Source of the DNA: Deltaproteobacteria bacterium
GTDB taxonomy: Bacteria > Myxococcota > Kuafuiibacteriia > Kuafuiibacteriales > Kuafuiibacteriaceae
Length of the DNA stretch: 64,000 nt
Direction: 5' to 3'
Assembly: GCA_040218735.1 (NCBI GenBank)
Contig: JAVJQW010000046.1
Location: forward strand, 96,001-160,000
Shown: in pieces, positions 18,734-28,103 of the stretch
Numbering within the stretch: position 1 is the stretch's first letter
How the letters are laid out: each line of letters opens with the position of its first letter
Translations under genes and position numbers: made by a program
The notes under the pieces: generated by a model
Seen by the model: only the letters and a program-made list of their open reading frames with translations
Told to the model about the DNA's origin: nothing
The model's database searches: none

Positions 18734-19861
18734 ATGGATCCCGCCGACGCCCTCATCCTCACCCTCGTCGCGCTCCACGTCGTGGAGGGCCTGTTCTGGG
18801 TGCACCGTCACGCGCTCGTAATCGCGCGGACGCCGAGCGGCGCGCGTCGCGTCGGCACCGACGGTCCGCTCGGCAACGCGGACCACGTGTTCGTGCTGCT
18901 CGATCCGTGGCCGCCGCTGCGCGAGCGCTTCGTGGTCGAGCCGTGGCCGATCAGCTTTACGGAGGCCGGCGTGGTGCCGGTGCGTCCCGAGCTCCCGATC
19001 GGCACACGCGAGCGACCGGCGGAGGTCGAGCCCATCGCCTGGGCGGCGCTGACGGAGGTGGGCACCAGCGGTAAGGAGGTCGTCACGCGCGACCGACGAA
19101 TCGCGGTCACGAGCAGCGTCGCATTTGCGCAGCAGCTCGCCGAGGACCTCCGCACCATCGCGTCGGCGGACGACAAACCGGCGGCGATCGAGGCAACGTT
19201 GGCGCGGGCCTTCGACGTCGACGCCGCGCGTGCCCGCCACGCGGCGTTCAAGAAACAGACGGGGTTCCTGAACGTGGTCGTGAACCTGGTGCCGGTCGTG
19301 ATGATCGGCGGCGTCGCCGGGATCTTCTACGTGGCGCCGCTGTTTTCGTTCTGGCCGACGCTCCTGACCATCGGCGTCGGGCTCGTGCTCCTCGCTGGCG
19401 TCGACATGTTCCGCGCGCACCGCGAGCTGTACCCGTCGCTCGGCGCGAAGCGCGTGCAGGACTTGTTGCTCATGCTGGTCTCGCTCCCCGCGGTCGCGCG
19501 TGCGCGCGGGTGGATCGCCCGCGACGTCCTCGCCGAGTACCACCCGATCACCGCCGCCGCGGTGCTGCTGGACGACGCCGCGTTCGCGGAGGTCGCGGCG
19601 GAGACGTCGCGGGGACTCGCCCACCCGCTCGCGGTGCCGGGCGCCGCCGCGCCGATCGTCGAGGCCATGCGGGCGCGCCTGCGCGGGTACGTGGAGCGGG
19701 TCTGCGAGTCGCGCGGCCTCGAAGCCGGGGCGTTGGCGACGACTCCGCGGCCCAGCACGGACCGCGTCGTCGGCATCTGCCCGCGCTGCCATGCGGAGTT
19801 CGAGCGCCCGCAGGACGAATGTCCCGATTGCCCAGGCATCGCGCTCGTCGCGACGAAGTGA
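18734..19861 (+). CDS. Hypothetical membrane protein with C-terminal zinc ribbon
   Basis: Several hydrophobic segments; ends CPRC...CPDCPG. Confidence 0.7.
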   Translation: MDPADALILTLVALHVVEGLFWVHRHALVIARTPSGARRVGTDGPLGNADHVFVLLDPWPPLRERFVVEPWPISFTEAGVVPVRPELPIGTRERPAEVEPIAWAALTEVGTSGKEVVTRDRRIAVTSSVAFAQQLAEDLRTIASADDKPAAIEATLARAFDVDAARARHAAFKKQTGFLNVVVNLVPVVMIGGVAGIFYVAPLFSFWPTLLTIGVGLVLLAGVDMFRAHRELYPSLGAKRVQDLLLMLVSLPAVARARGWIARDVLAEYHPITAAAVLLDDAAFAEVAAETSRGLAHPLAVPGAAAPIVEAMRARLRGYVERVCESRGLEAGALATTPRPSTDRVVGICPRCHAEFERPQDECPDCPGIALVATK

Positions 19862-19932
19862 GCGCCGCGCCTCACCGCTGACACGGCTGTCCGAGGTCGC
19901 CCGAAACCACGCTCTGCAACGTGCGCCACCGT

Positions 19933-19949
19933 TTGGCACGGGCCTTGGA
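19933..19949 (+). promoter_or_regulatory. Putative sigma54 promoter
   Basis: TTGGCACG-GGCC-TTGGA versus consensus TGGCACG-N4-TTGCW, just upstream of the vWA gene. Confidence 0.6.
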
Positions 19950-19962
19950 ATGGTCTCGGGTC

Positions 19963-21393
19963 ATGCCGAAGTCACGACACACCCTGCTGCTCACCTCTCT
20001 TCTCGTCACCGCCGCTTGCAGCGGTGACTTCGGCGCGACGCCTGGCGGCGTCCAGGACATGGGCTTCGCCCGCGAGCTGATCGACGCCGGCCGCATCCCC
20101 CCGCCCGAGGCGTTCACCGTCGAAGGCATGTACTCGGAGCACGACCTCCCGCTCGAAGGCGAGCCCTGCGACACGCTGCTCTGCCTCCGCGGCGCGCTCG
20201 GCCTCGCGCCCACGCTCGACGGCGAGGCTTCGGCGTGGCTGCAAGTCGGGTTGTCATCCACCATCGACCCGCAGACGTTTCGGCGCGACGACATCGCGCT
20301 CATCGCCGCGATCGACGTGTCGTGCTCGATGGGGTGGAACTACGGCGAAGACAGCGAGACGCCCGGCAAGGTGACGCGTGAGCTGATGCGCCGAGTCGTG
20401 GCCGAGATGGGCGCGGACGACCGCGTCGCGATCGTCACCTACGGCAGCAGCGTCGACACCAAGCTCGGCTTCACGCCCGGCGACCAGCAGTCGAAGATCC
20501 AGGGCGTCATCGACGACCTCAGCGACGACGGCTCCACGAACATGGAGGCCGGCCTGAAGCGCGCCTTCGAGCTCGCGCGCGGTCTGCAGGGCGACGCGCA
20601 GCAGATCCGCGTCATGCTGTTCACGGACGCGCAGCCGAACGTCGGTGCCACCGAGAGCAGTGAGTTCTCGCGGATGGTCGCGGACGCCGCGGACGACGGC
20701 ATCGGCATCACGATCATCGGCGCCGGCCTCGGGCTGGGGCAGGAGCTGGTCAACGAGATGGCGCACCTGCGCGGCGGCAACGCGTTCTCGCTGTTCGACA
20801 CGGAAGGCGTCGGCGAGCTGATGGCCGACAGCTGGCCGTGGATGGTCAGCCCGATCGCCTACGACATGAAGCTCGAGATCGAGGCCCCCGGCGACTACCG
20901 CGTCGCCGACACCTACGGCTTCCCGGGCTCCGCCGAAGAGGCGGTGCAGGCCAAGCTCGAGGTCGCGTCGGTGTTCCTCAGCCGCCGCCGCGGCGCGCTC
21001 CTCGTGCGCCTCACCAACGGCGACCTCGCCTACGACGGGCTCGACGTTGCGGGGCGCCTCACCTACGTCACGCGCGACGGCGCGACGGTCGAGGACCACA
21101 TCCAAGTGAAGAACGACGGCGCGACGCTCGACGAGCGGGGTCAGTGGTACGCGCAGACCAGCGTAGGTCGTTCGGTCGCGCTCGCGGTGCTCGTCGTCGC
21201 GATGAAGGCGAGCGCAGAGCACTACGCCGCCAACGATCAACCCGCCGCGGTCGAGCTGATGGAGAAGGCGCTGGAGCGGTTCGAGGGCGACGCGGCCGGT
21301 GACGACACGCTCGCGCCCGAGGTCGAGCTCGCGAAGAAGTACCTGGAGCTGCTGCGCGCGTCGGCGCCGCAGGGGAGCCTCTACAGCCGGTAG
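19963..21393 (+). CDS. vWA domain lipoprotein
   Basis: Lipobox VTAAC; MIDAS DVSCSM, GSTNM, LFTDAQPN. Confidence 0.88.
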   Translation: MPKSRHTLLLTSLLVTAACSGDFGATPGGVQDMGFARELIDAGRIPPPEAFTVEGMYSEHDLPLEGEPCDTLLCLRGALGLAPTLDGEASAWLQVGLSSTIDPQTFRRDDIALIAAIDVSCSMGWNYGEDSETPGKVTRELMRRVVAEMGADDRVAIVTYGSSVDTKLGFTPGDQQSKIQGVIDDLSDDGSTNMEAGLKRAFELARGLQGDAQQIRVMLFTDAQPNVGATESSEFSRMVADAADDGIGITIIGAGLGLGQELVNEMAHLRGGNAFSLFDTEGVGELMADSWPWMVSPIAYDMKLEIEAPGDYRVADTYGFPGSAEEAVQAKLEVASVFLSRRRGALLVRLTNGDLAYDGLDVAGRLTYVTRDGATVEDHIQVKNDGATLDERGQWYAQTSVGRSVALAVLVVAMKASAEHYAANDQPAAVELMEKALERFEGDAAGDDTLAPEVELAKKYLELLRASAPQGSLYSR

Positions 21394-21396
21394 GGA

Positions 21397-22071
21397 TCAG
21401 ACGCGACGGACGAGGCCGCGGACGGCGTCGTGGACGCGGCGGTCGAAGAGGCTGGAGACGTGCGCGCGGTCGTCGAGGATCAGCTGCTGCGCGCCGGCCA
21501 AGAGCGCGCTGTCGAACGGCTCGATGAACTGGTCGGCGCGCGCGGCGACGGTGAGGACGCGGTCCTCGAGGCGGCGCAAGCGATCTTGCGTCGCGAGCAC
21601 CTCGGTCATCATCGTGCTGTCGGGGCGGAGCATCCGGAGCTTGGCGCTGGGCGCGAACTTCGAGCGCCACGTCCCGTGCAGCGGCGCGCAGATGGAGACG
21701 AAGCCGGCGACGTGCGGGAGCGCGACCTCGCTCTGCAGCACCATCCGCAGGAGCAACCCGCCGAGGCTGTGGCCGACGACGACGAGGCGATCGACCCGCG
21801 CGCCGAGCTGTTCGATGTGCGCGGCGAGGTCGCGGGCGCGCCCGCGGGGGTCGGTGAGTGAGTTGTACTCGAAGGAGCCGAACCAGTCGGCCTCGTCTTC
21901 GAGGGCGGTCCGCATCGAGAGGAACTGCGCGCCGTTCGCGCCGAGCCCGGGGACGAAGAGCACGCCGACGTCGGCGTGACCCGTGGCGTTGCGGTCGAGC
22001 CGGCGGCGCTGGGGCGCGAGGAGCCCGAGGCGCACGTAGGCGAACGCTTCGTCACGGAGGAGGCGGAACAC
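21397..22071 (-). CDS. Alpha/beta-fold lipase/esterase
   Basis: FVPGLG oxyanion region, GHSLGG nucleophile elbow, PLHGT, C-terminal His. Confidence 0.85.
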   Translation of the reverse strand: MFRLLRDEAFAYVRLGLLAPQRRRLDRNATGHADVGVLFVPGLGANGAQFLSMRTALEDEADWFGSFEYNSLTDPRGRARDLAAHIEQLGARVDRLVVVGHSLGGLLLRMVLQSEVALPHVAGFVSICAPLHGTWRSKFAPSAKLRMLRPDSTMMTEVLATQDRLRRLEDRVLTVAARADQFIEPFDSALLAGAQQLILDDRAHVSSLFDRRVHDAVRGLVRRV

Positions 22072-22076
22072 GTGCG

Positions 22077-22991
22077 TTACTTCTTCCCGGGGACCTTCGG
22101 CACCGGGATGTCGCCGAAGAGGCTCTTGCCGTGGTTGTGGCCGTCGTCCTCGGTGCCGGAGCCGCGTTCGAGATCCTGACCCGTCGACAGCGAGAACCGC
22201 CCTGGTTCGAGGATGGTGTGGAACGCGCGCTCACCGAGCCAGCGGAAGAGGAGGTCGCGGCCCCCGATGCGCACGAGCCAGTCGAGCGCGGCGTTGGCGG
22301 CGACACTCATCTCGTTGGCGGCTTCCGCGCGGAACATGGAGTGGCGCCAGATGAGTTTGCCGTCGCGCCAACTCTCGAGCCCGAGGGTGACTCGGGCGGC
22401 GCGCTGGCGTGGGTTGGGTTGTTTCATCGACTCGACGCCGACCTTGAGGATGACTTCCGCCTGTTTGGCCGGGACGAAGTCGATCGAGAACCCAGCCGTC
22501 TTCAGGCCTTTTTCGAACGCCGCCTGAATCGTCTTCTTGTCGAGGTCCGCGCCGCGCACGAGGAGTGCGGCCTTCAGCGTGCGTTGTTTCTTCGTGCCGA
22601 GTTTTTTCTTCGCGTAGGCGTGGTTTGCGAGCGTGCGATCGAACCAGGCTTTCAGCCCGGGCTCGGTGAGATCGAGCCTCGCGAAGGTCGTGAACGCCTT
22701 CTCCCAGCGGATGGCCTCCGGGAGGCGTTCGTTGCCGCGGAGCTTCTTGCGCAGCTCGATCGCGGCGTCGCGCAGCTTGAGTGAGATGACGAGGTTCGGG
22801 TCGCTGCGGTGTTTGTCTTGCGCGGCGTCGAGGACGGCTTGAGCGTTGGACGGGCCGCGGTTGTCGTCGAGCTCGGCCTCGGCGGCCTGGGCGACGGTGG
22901 CCCGGAGGACCTCCGGCAGCGCCGGGTCGAGGCGTTCGGTCATGCCCGCCTGCGCGGCGAGCGTGAGGGCGATGGCGGCGAGGGCGCTCAC
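22077..22991 (-). CDS. Hypothetical exported protein
   Basis: GTG 22991 overlaps the redoxin stop; hydrophobic N-terminus VSALAAIALTLAAQAG. Confidence 0.6.
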   Translation of the reverse strand: MSALAAIALTLAAQAGMTERLDPALPEVLRATVAQAAEAELDDNRGPSNAQAVLDAAQDKHRSDPNLVISLKLRDAAIELRKKLRGNERLPEAIRWEKAFTTFARLDLTEPGLKAWFDRTLANHAYAKKKLGTKKQRTLKAALLVRGADLDKKTIQAAFEKGLKTAGFSIDFVPAKQAEVILKVGVESMKQPNPRQRAARVTLGLESWRDGKLIWRHSMFRAEAANEMSVAANAALDWLVRIGGRDLLFRWLGERAFHTILEPGRFSLSTGQDLERGSGTEDDGHNHGKSLFGDIPVPKVPGKK

Positions 22992-23578
22992 TTCTTCTTG
23001 GGCTTGGCTTTGTCGTGCGCGGCGAGGGTCGTCTCGATCTCGGCCGAGAAGTACTCGACGAGTGAGCCCTTCGCGTCGTGCTTCGACTTGACGACCTTGC
23101 CTTCGCGGTCGATCAGGAACGTAGCGGGGAGGGCGACGACCTTCCCGAGGTACTTCTGCGAGACGTAGTCGGCGCGGTCCACGACGACGGTGAACGGGAG
23201 CTTCTTCTCGTCGAGGTAGCGTTGGAGCTTCTTGGCGTCGTCGTCGCCCTCTTCGACGAGCGCGACGAGGAGCACGTAGAGGCCGCGCGCCTGGTACTTC
23301 TCGTGGGTCTTCACGAGCTCGGGCATGGCGGCGAGGCACGGCTCGCAGTCGGTGCGGAAGAAGTCGAGCAGCACGGGGCGCTTGGGGGCGTAGCTGCGCT
23401 CGCGGCCTTCGTAGGCGAGGTCCGACAGGCGGACCATCGCGCGGTCGAGGGCGCGGAGCTGGAACGCGGGCGCGGCGTCGCCGGGCTTGGGCGTCTTCGA
23501 CTTCTTCTTGGGGCGGGCGGTCGCGGTGCTCGCGGCCATGAGGCCGGCGAGGAGCAGGCACGCGGTCGTCTTGGTCAT
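22988..23578 (-). CDS. TlpA/peroxiredoxin-like redoxin
   Basis: Signal peptide, GDAAPAF, CEPC active site, LPATFLIDREG. Confidence 0.85.
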   Translation of the reverse strand: MTKTTACLLLAGLMAASTATARPKKKSKTPKPGDAAPAFQLRALDRAMVRLSDLAYEGRERSYAPKRPVLLDFFRTDCEPCLAAMPELVKTHEKYQARGLYVLLVALVEEGDDDAKKLQRYLDEKKLPFTVVVDRADYVSQKYLGKVVALPATFLIDREGKVVKSKHDAKGSLVEYFSAEIETTLAAHDKAKPKKK

Positions 23579-23589
23579 TCGAAATCCAC

Positions 23590-24717
23590 TCACTTGTCGA
23601 GCGCTCCCAGGGAGGTCTGCAGCCAGCTCACCATGTCGGCTTCGGCTTTGCTGCAGCCTTTCTCCATGGCGCCTTTGAAATGGACGTGTCCACCCTTCTG
23701 GGGCTTCACTTCTTTTACGGAAATCACGCGATTGGCGTCCGTGTCGTAGACGACGCCCCGGGCGCCGCAGTGGACGAAGGTGAACCCGTCCTCCTTAGCG
23801 GTCAGGTTGGCGCTGTACTGGACGGCGAGGACGTAACCCGCGTTGCGGAGCGAGGTGGTCGACTCGGGGTTCGACTGGGCGAGGATCTGTCGGGCGAGTC
23901 CGCCGTCGACGGCTTCCGTCGCGACCTTGAACCCGCCGGTGGCGACCTGCTGTTTGATGGCGCCGACGCGGTGGGATTGGCAGGACGCCTCTTTGCCGTC
24001 GTGGTCGCACTCGACGGCGACGGCCATGACGCCCTTCCGCTCCTTGGCCATCGACTCGAGGCGGGTCGAGAGGTCGGCGATGGCGTCGTACAGGAGGGTG
24101 GTGTTGGTCAGCTTGGCGTGTCGGACCGGGACCATGGAGCGCATCGGGCCGAGGGTGGTCTTGGCTTCGGCGCACCGGGTGCGGGCTTCGGACCAGCGTT
24201 TGTTGGTCGCGGCGGTGTCGGCGGCGATGTAGAGGTCGAGCGCGCGCTGGGCGCGGTCCTGCTGGCCTTGGACGACCTCGGCGTAGCGGGCTTTGGGCCA
24301 CTCGATGAGGACGTAGGCGTCGTACGAGCCGTCGCTGCCCTGGCCGATGGCGGCGTCCTTCACTTCGGCTTCCTTGATGGTCATCTCGTCGCCGGCGACG
24401 TCGACGGTGAGCGAGTACGACTGGTTGAGGACGCCGTTCTTCTCGACCTCTTCGGAGACGGCTTCGGACTTGGCCGTGGCGCCGCAGAAGACGGTCAGCT
24501 CGGCGAGGGCGGCCTGGACGGCGAGCTCACGGGCCATGGACTCGTCGGACGCGCCGTTGGCGGCCCCGACGAAGTACAGCTTGCTCACGCCGGTGGGCTT
24601 CTTCGCGTACCAGCCGGGCGCGGGGAAGCTGGTCCGGCTCCCGCCGGTGCTGCCCTTGGTGGTGCCGCAGCCGACGGCGACGCCGAAGACGAGGGGCCAG
24701 AGCCATCCGAGCTTCAT
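23590..24717 (-). CDS. Lipoprotein, LPP20-like N-terminal domain
   Basis: Lipobox AVGC; PGWY...LYFVG...ARELAVQAALAEL. Confidence 0.7.
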   Translation of the reverse strand: MKLGWLWPLVFGVAVGCGTTKGSTGGSRTSFPAPGWYAKKPTGVSKLYFVGAANGASDESMARELAVQAALAELTVFCGATAKSEAVSEEVEKNGVLNQSYSLTVDVAGDEMTIKEAEVKDAAIGQGSDGSYDAYVLIEWPKARYAEVVQGQQDRAQRALDLYIAADTAATNKRWSEARTRCAEAKTTLGPMRSMVPVRHAKLTNTTLLYDAIADLSTRLESMAKERKGVMAVAVECDHDGKEASCQSHRVGAIKQQVATGGFKVATEAVDGGLARQILAQSNPESTTSLRNAGYVLAVQYSANLTAKEDGFTFVHCGARGVVYDTDANRVISVKEVKPQKGGHVHFKGAMEKGCSKAEADMVSWLQTSLGALDK

Positions 24718-24798
24718 GGACTCTCAATACTTGGTAACCCCGGGGGGAAACAATCCATTTGTCCCCTCGGGGGGGCGATCACGCACGTCGGCGGGGCG

Positions 24799-25443
24799 TC
24801 AGGCGTAGGACAGGGCGGGGGCGCTTCGCAGGTAGGCGGCGGATTCGAGCTGCTGGAGCATGAACCCGGCGACGTCGGCGCGGGAGATCTTCAGCGTGAG
24901 GTCGGCGTCGGGGGTGCCGAGGCCGTGCCAGAAGTCGCCGGTGGAGGGGCCGTCGGTGAGGTTCGGGGGGCGAACGATGGTCCAGTCGAGGCCGCTGGTG
25001 CGGATGATGGCCTCTTGCGCCTCGTGCTCCTGGAGGGGGCGGCGAAGGTACGTCGGGAAGATGATCCAGCGGTAGAGCGCGGGGAGGTCCTTCTTGCTGT
25101 CGCCGGCCCCGAGCACGGAGACGCAGACGAGGCGGCGGACGTTGGTCGCGCGCATGGCGTCGACGATGGTCTGCGTGCCTTCGGAGCGGACGCGGCTCTT
25201 GCTGAGCGCGGGGGCGCCGAGCGCGATCAGGGCAGCGTCGGCGTTCTTGAGCGCGAGGCGGACGACGGCGGGGTCGTGCACGTCGCCTTCGACGACCGAC
25301 AGGCGCGGGTGCTCGGGCAGCTTGCTCGGGTCGCGCGCCAGGGCGGTGACGCGGTGGCCGAGAGCGAGCGCTTGGTCGAGGAGCGCGCGTCCGATGCCGC
25401 CGGTGGCGCCGAAGAGGGTGAGGTGGGTGTTCGTTGTTTTCAT
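24799..25443 (-). CDS. NAD(P)H-binding flavin-reductase-like SDR
   Basis: FGATGGIG, ARDPSKL, LDWTIVRP, ISRADVA. Confidence 0.88.
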   Translation of the reverse strand: MKTTNTHLTLFGATGGIGRALLDQALALGHRVTALARDPSKLPEHPRLSVVEGDVHDPAVVRLALKNADAALIALGAPALSKSRVRSEGTQTIVDAMRATNVRRLVCVSVLGAGDSKKDLPALYRWIIFPTYLRRPLQEHEAQEAIIRTSGLDWTIVRPPNLTDGPSTGDFWHGLGTPDADLTLKISRADVAGFMLQQLESAAYLRSAPALSYA

Positions 25444-25478
25444 GGGCTCAGCATGGCGTTTGGCTGGCCATGAGCCAA

Positions 25479-25493
25479 ATGATTGACGACCAT
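25479..25493. promoter_or_regulatory. Putative LysR-type operator (ATG-N9-CAT)
   Basis: ATGATTGACGACCAT fits the T-N11-A LTTR box, between the divergent SDR and LysR genes. Confidence 0.45.
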
Positions 25494-25499
25494 AGCGGC

Positions 25500-26453
25500 A
25501 TGACGGACGTGCATGGTCTGGCGAGCCTCGACGCGAACCTGTTGGTGACGTTGGACGTGTTGCTCGCGGAGCGGAACGTAACGCGCGCGGCGGAGCGGGT
25601 GGGGGTGACGCAGTCGGCGATGAGTCACACGTTGCGTCGGCTGCGGGACTTGTTTGGCGATCCGTTGTTGGTGCGCGGGAAGGGGGAGATGGTGCTGACG
25701 CCGCGGGCCGAGGCGTTGGTGGTGCCGTTGCGGAGTGGGTTGGTGAGTTTGGCGCGGGCGATCGCGCCGCCGGTGGCGTTTGATCCGTCGACGGCGTCGC
25801 GGGTGTTTCGGATCGCTTCGCCGGACTTGTTCGATCTGATCGTGTTGCCGCGGTTGCTGGCGCGGGTTCGTGCGGAGGCGCCGGGGGTGGATCTGGTGTT
25901 CGTGCCGTTGCCGCGCGGCGAGGTGGCGGAGGCCTTGATGACGGGGGAGCTGGATCTGGCGATCGTGCCGGTGCGGATGGGGGAGGGAGAGGCGACGTTC
26001 GGGCCGGTGACTTCGGGTGACTTGATGCGGCGGGTTTTGTTCCGCGACTCACACCGGGTTTTCGTGCGGCGGGAGCACCCGGCGATGGGTAAGCGGGGGA
26101 TCTCGAGGAAGAAGTACGTGGGGCTGCCGCACGTGTTGGTGTCGCCGGCTGGGGCAGGCGTTGGGTTGGTGGACGAGGCGCTGGCGCGGGTGGGTTTGCG
26201 TCGGCGGGTGGCTTTGCGGGTGCCGAACTTCGCGACGGCCGCGGAGATCGTGGCGGGGAGTGACTTGGTGCTCACGGCGCCAGGGGCCTTGGGGCGGGTC
26301 GAGGCGCTGCGGGGGCGTATGAGTGATTGCGCGGTGCCGGTGGAGATGGAGGGGCATGCGCTGACGATGGTGTGGCACCCGAGGTTCGGTGAGGAGGCGG
26401 GGGCGCGGTGGTTGCGCGGGGTGATGGTGGACGTGGGTGGGGGCGCGGGGTGA
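25500..26453 (+). CDS. LysR-family transcriptional regulator (NodD/DntR-like)
   Basis: LDANLLVTLDVLLAERNVTRAAERVGVTQSAMSHTLRRLR HTH followed by a substrate-binding domain. Confidence 0.95.
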   Translation: MTDVHGLASLDANLLVTLDVLLAERNVTRAAERVGVTQSAMSHTLRRLRDLFGDPLLVRGKGEMVLTPRAEALVVPLRSGLVSLARAIAPPVAFDPSTASRVFRIASPDLFDLIVLPRLLARVRAEAPGVDLVFVPLPRGEVAEALMTGELDLAIVPVRMGEGEATFGPVTSGDLMRRVLFRDSHRVFVRREHPAMGKRGISRKKYVGLPHVLVSPAGAGVGLVDEALARVGLRRRVALRVPNFATAAEIVAGSDLVLTAPGALGRVEALRGRMSDCAVPVEMEGHALTMVWHPRFGEEAGARWLRGVMVDVGGGAG

Positions 26454-26585
26454 TCTTCGGATCAGGCGGAGGCTGAGGGGCGGCGTGTGATACGCTCGTC
26501 CGCGACACCGTCGTTCTGCGGGACTGCGAGATGGTGTCGCCGCGGGGGGGTATCTCGTTCGTTCTGCAAGACCGCGAAACGCTTA

Positions 26586-26592
26586 GTTAGGC
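26586..26592 (+). mobile_element. Integron core recombination site GTTAGGC (5' boundary of the first cassette; attI-like)
   Basis: Exact reverse complement of the inverse core GCCTAAC at 27649-27655. Confidence 0.7.
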
Positions 26593-26610
26593 CGATTTGG
26601 AGTTAGAGCC

Positions 26611-27654
26611 GTGTGGAAGTTCAAGCACGTGACCGCCTGGCAACTCGTTGGAGTCCAGCCACCTAAGTCCGATGTCGTGCTGCAATCTGCACGGTCCCTA
26701 CGAATAGTCTTCACCGCCGACATCGCACCGTTCGTCGTCGAGGCCGACCGCGCGCGGGTCGTGCCTGAGATGCTTCTTCGAGGCGAAGCAGGAGAAGGTG
26801 CCGCTTTGCGGCTTCGAAGCAACGTAGAGAAGGTCCGCAGACAGCGTCCCGACCGCGGCGCCTGGCTCGTCTTCGAGATGACCGGAGACGCGCAACCAGT
26901 TGACACAACAGGTGCCGCCGACTGGGAGGATGTTCGCGTCCTCCCGATTCCCGCAACGGAATCGCCAGGACACGCGTCTTCCTATAGCCCCGACGCCCCG
27001 ACGGTTCGCCGTTTAGCCGGGGCAGCCGCCGCCATCCTTCAGCCACGACAGATGCGCCAGTTCGCCAGCAACACGGCGCTCCTTGATGACGCCGGTCGAC
27101 AGGTGTACGCGACACGCCTCGTCATTCCGGGCGCCGAGCTGTTCCTATCGGAGGTTCCCGACCCTGTGCTTCTTGGGCAGTCCAAGAAGCTGTTCGGCAG
27201 GCTCGACACCGACCTCCGGTTGAATTCGGCGCTCGAACTACTTGCGGCTTCGCAGGACGACTGCTTTGACGACCAACGCGAGTTCCATATCTCTTGGGTA
27301 GCCGTCGAGGCCTTTGCGAAGGCACTACGCAAGGATTACAAGGCGAAGTACAAGACAATCGTCAGCAGTCCAATAGGCGGTGGTCAGCTGCTTACGATCC
27401 AGACGAACACGTCGAAGCAGAACGGATCGATTTCAAAAACCATGGTTGCTCTTGCCTACATCTTTGTATGTCTTGACCCCGCGGGTGCCGAGGCCGACTT
27501 CGATGAAGTCGATCGAATTCGCGATCAGCGGAACGACTATGTCCATTCACAACCTGATTCGAAGCTGCAGCATGGTCCCGAGTCGAGGCGACTCCGGGCG
27601 ATCCTCTTCAAGTACGTTTTGCTACACCTTCAGGGGGGCGCGCGAACGGCCTAA
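26611..27654 (+). CDS. Cassette-borne protein with C-terminal HEPN-like (ApeA-like) RNase motif
   Basis: Lower-GC codon usage; ISWVAVEAF and RNDYVH (RX4H); the TAA stop lies inside the attC inverse core. Confidence 0.7.
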   Translation: MWKFKHVTAWQLVGVQPPKSDVVLQSARSLRIVFTADIAPFVVEADRARVVPEMLLRGEAGEGAALRLRSNVEKVRRQRPDRGAWLVFEMTGDAQPVDTTGAADWEDVRVLPIPATESPGHASSYSPDAPTVRRLAGAAAAILQPRQMRQFASNTALLDDAGRQVYATRLVIPGAELFLSEVPDPVLLGQSKKLFGRLDTDLRLNSALELLAASQDDCFDDQREFHISWVAVEAFAKALRKDYKAKYKTIVSSPIGGGQLLTIQTNTSKQNGSISKTMVALAYIFVCLDPAGAEADFDEVDRIRDQRNDYVHSQPDSKLQHGPESRRLRAILFKYVLLHLQGGARTA

Positions 27655-27709
27655 CAACCCGTTGAAGACTGACGGGGCTTCGCCCCGCAGCTTAACGGGA
27701 GCGTTAGAC
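27649..27709 (+). mobile_element. Intact attC site (59-base element)
   Basis: GCCTAAC...CCCGTTGAAG...CGGGGCTTCGCCCCG...CTTAACGGG...GTTAGAC: a 61-bp imperfect palindrome with RYYYAAC and GTTRRRY ends. Confidence 0.92.
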
Positions 27710-27727
27710 GTAAGGAGGCCTGAGCAC

Positions 27728-27820
27728 GTGGACTTTAGATCGCACTTCTCTGCAGTCGTCGAGAGACTCCAGGCCGAGTATCGTCTTGCAGCGGCCTACC
27801 CGTATCGTGGAGGCAGTTGA
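27728..27820 (+). pseudogene. Truncated cassette gene remnant
   Basis: Strong RBS AAGGAGG just after attC, GTG start, stop after about 30 codons (VDFRSHFSAVVERLQAEYRL...). Confidence 0.4.
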
Positions 27821-28001
27821 GGCCTGGGTCGGCAAAGACCTTGTATACGCTGCGGGACGCTTGGGAGACCTCGAATGGACCCTTCGTATCGATCCCCGCT
27901 CCCAACAGGTCGTTCACGTGGAGACCTACGAGTGATTAACAGTGCTCCTCCGGCCGGCCAATGCTGGCACCAGGTTCGCCGACGTTCGTACGAGGAAAGC
28001 T

Positions 28002-28064
28002 GCCGAACAACACGTCGCAGAGGGACGGACGGCTTCGCCGAGCGCTGAACGTGAGTGCTACGGC
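28002..28064 (+). mobile_element. Degenerate attC site
   Basis: GCCGAAC...CACGT...CGGCTTCGCCG...GCTGAACGTG...GCTACGGC; right core decayed. Confidence 0.65.
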
Positions 28065-28103
28065 GACGTGTGGGTGGCTGCCAGAAGTGCTAGGTTAGAA
28101 ACG

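Noticed and set aside
24736-24777. GC-rich inverted repeat between the SDR and lipoprotein genes
   Set aside because: Imperfect, with no clear U-tract; could be a terminator but is not supportable.
24799-26610. Integron integrase upstream of the array
   Set aside because: The adjacent genes are LysR and an SDR; no tyrosine recombinase motifs were recognised anywhere in the window.
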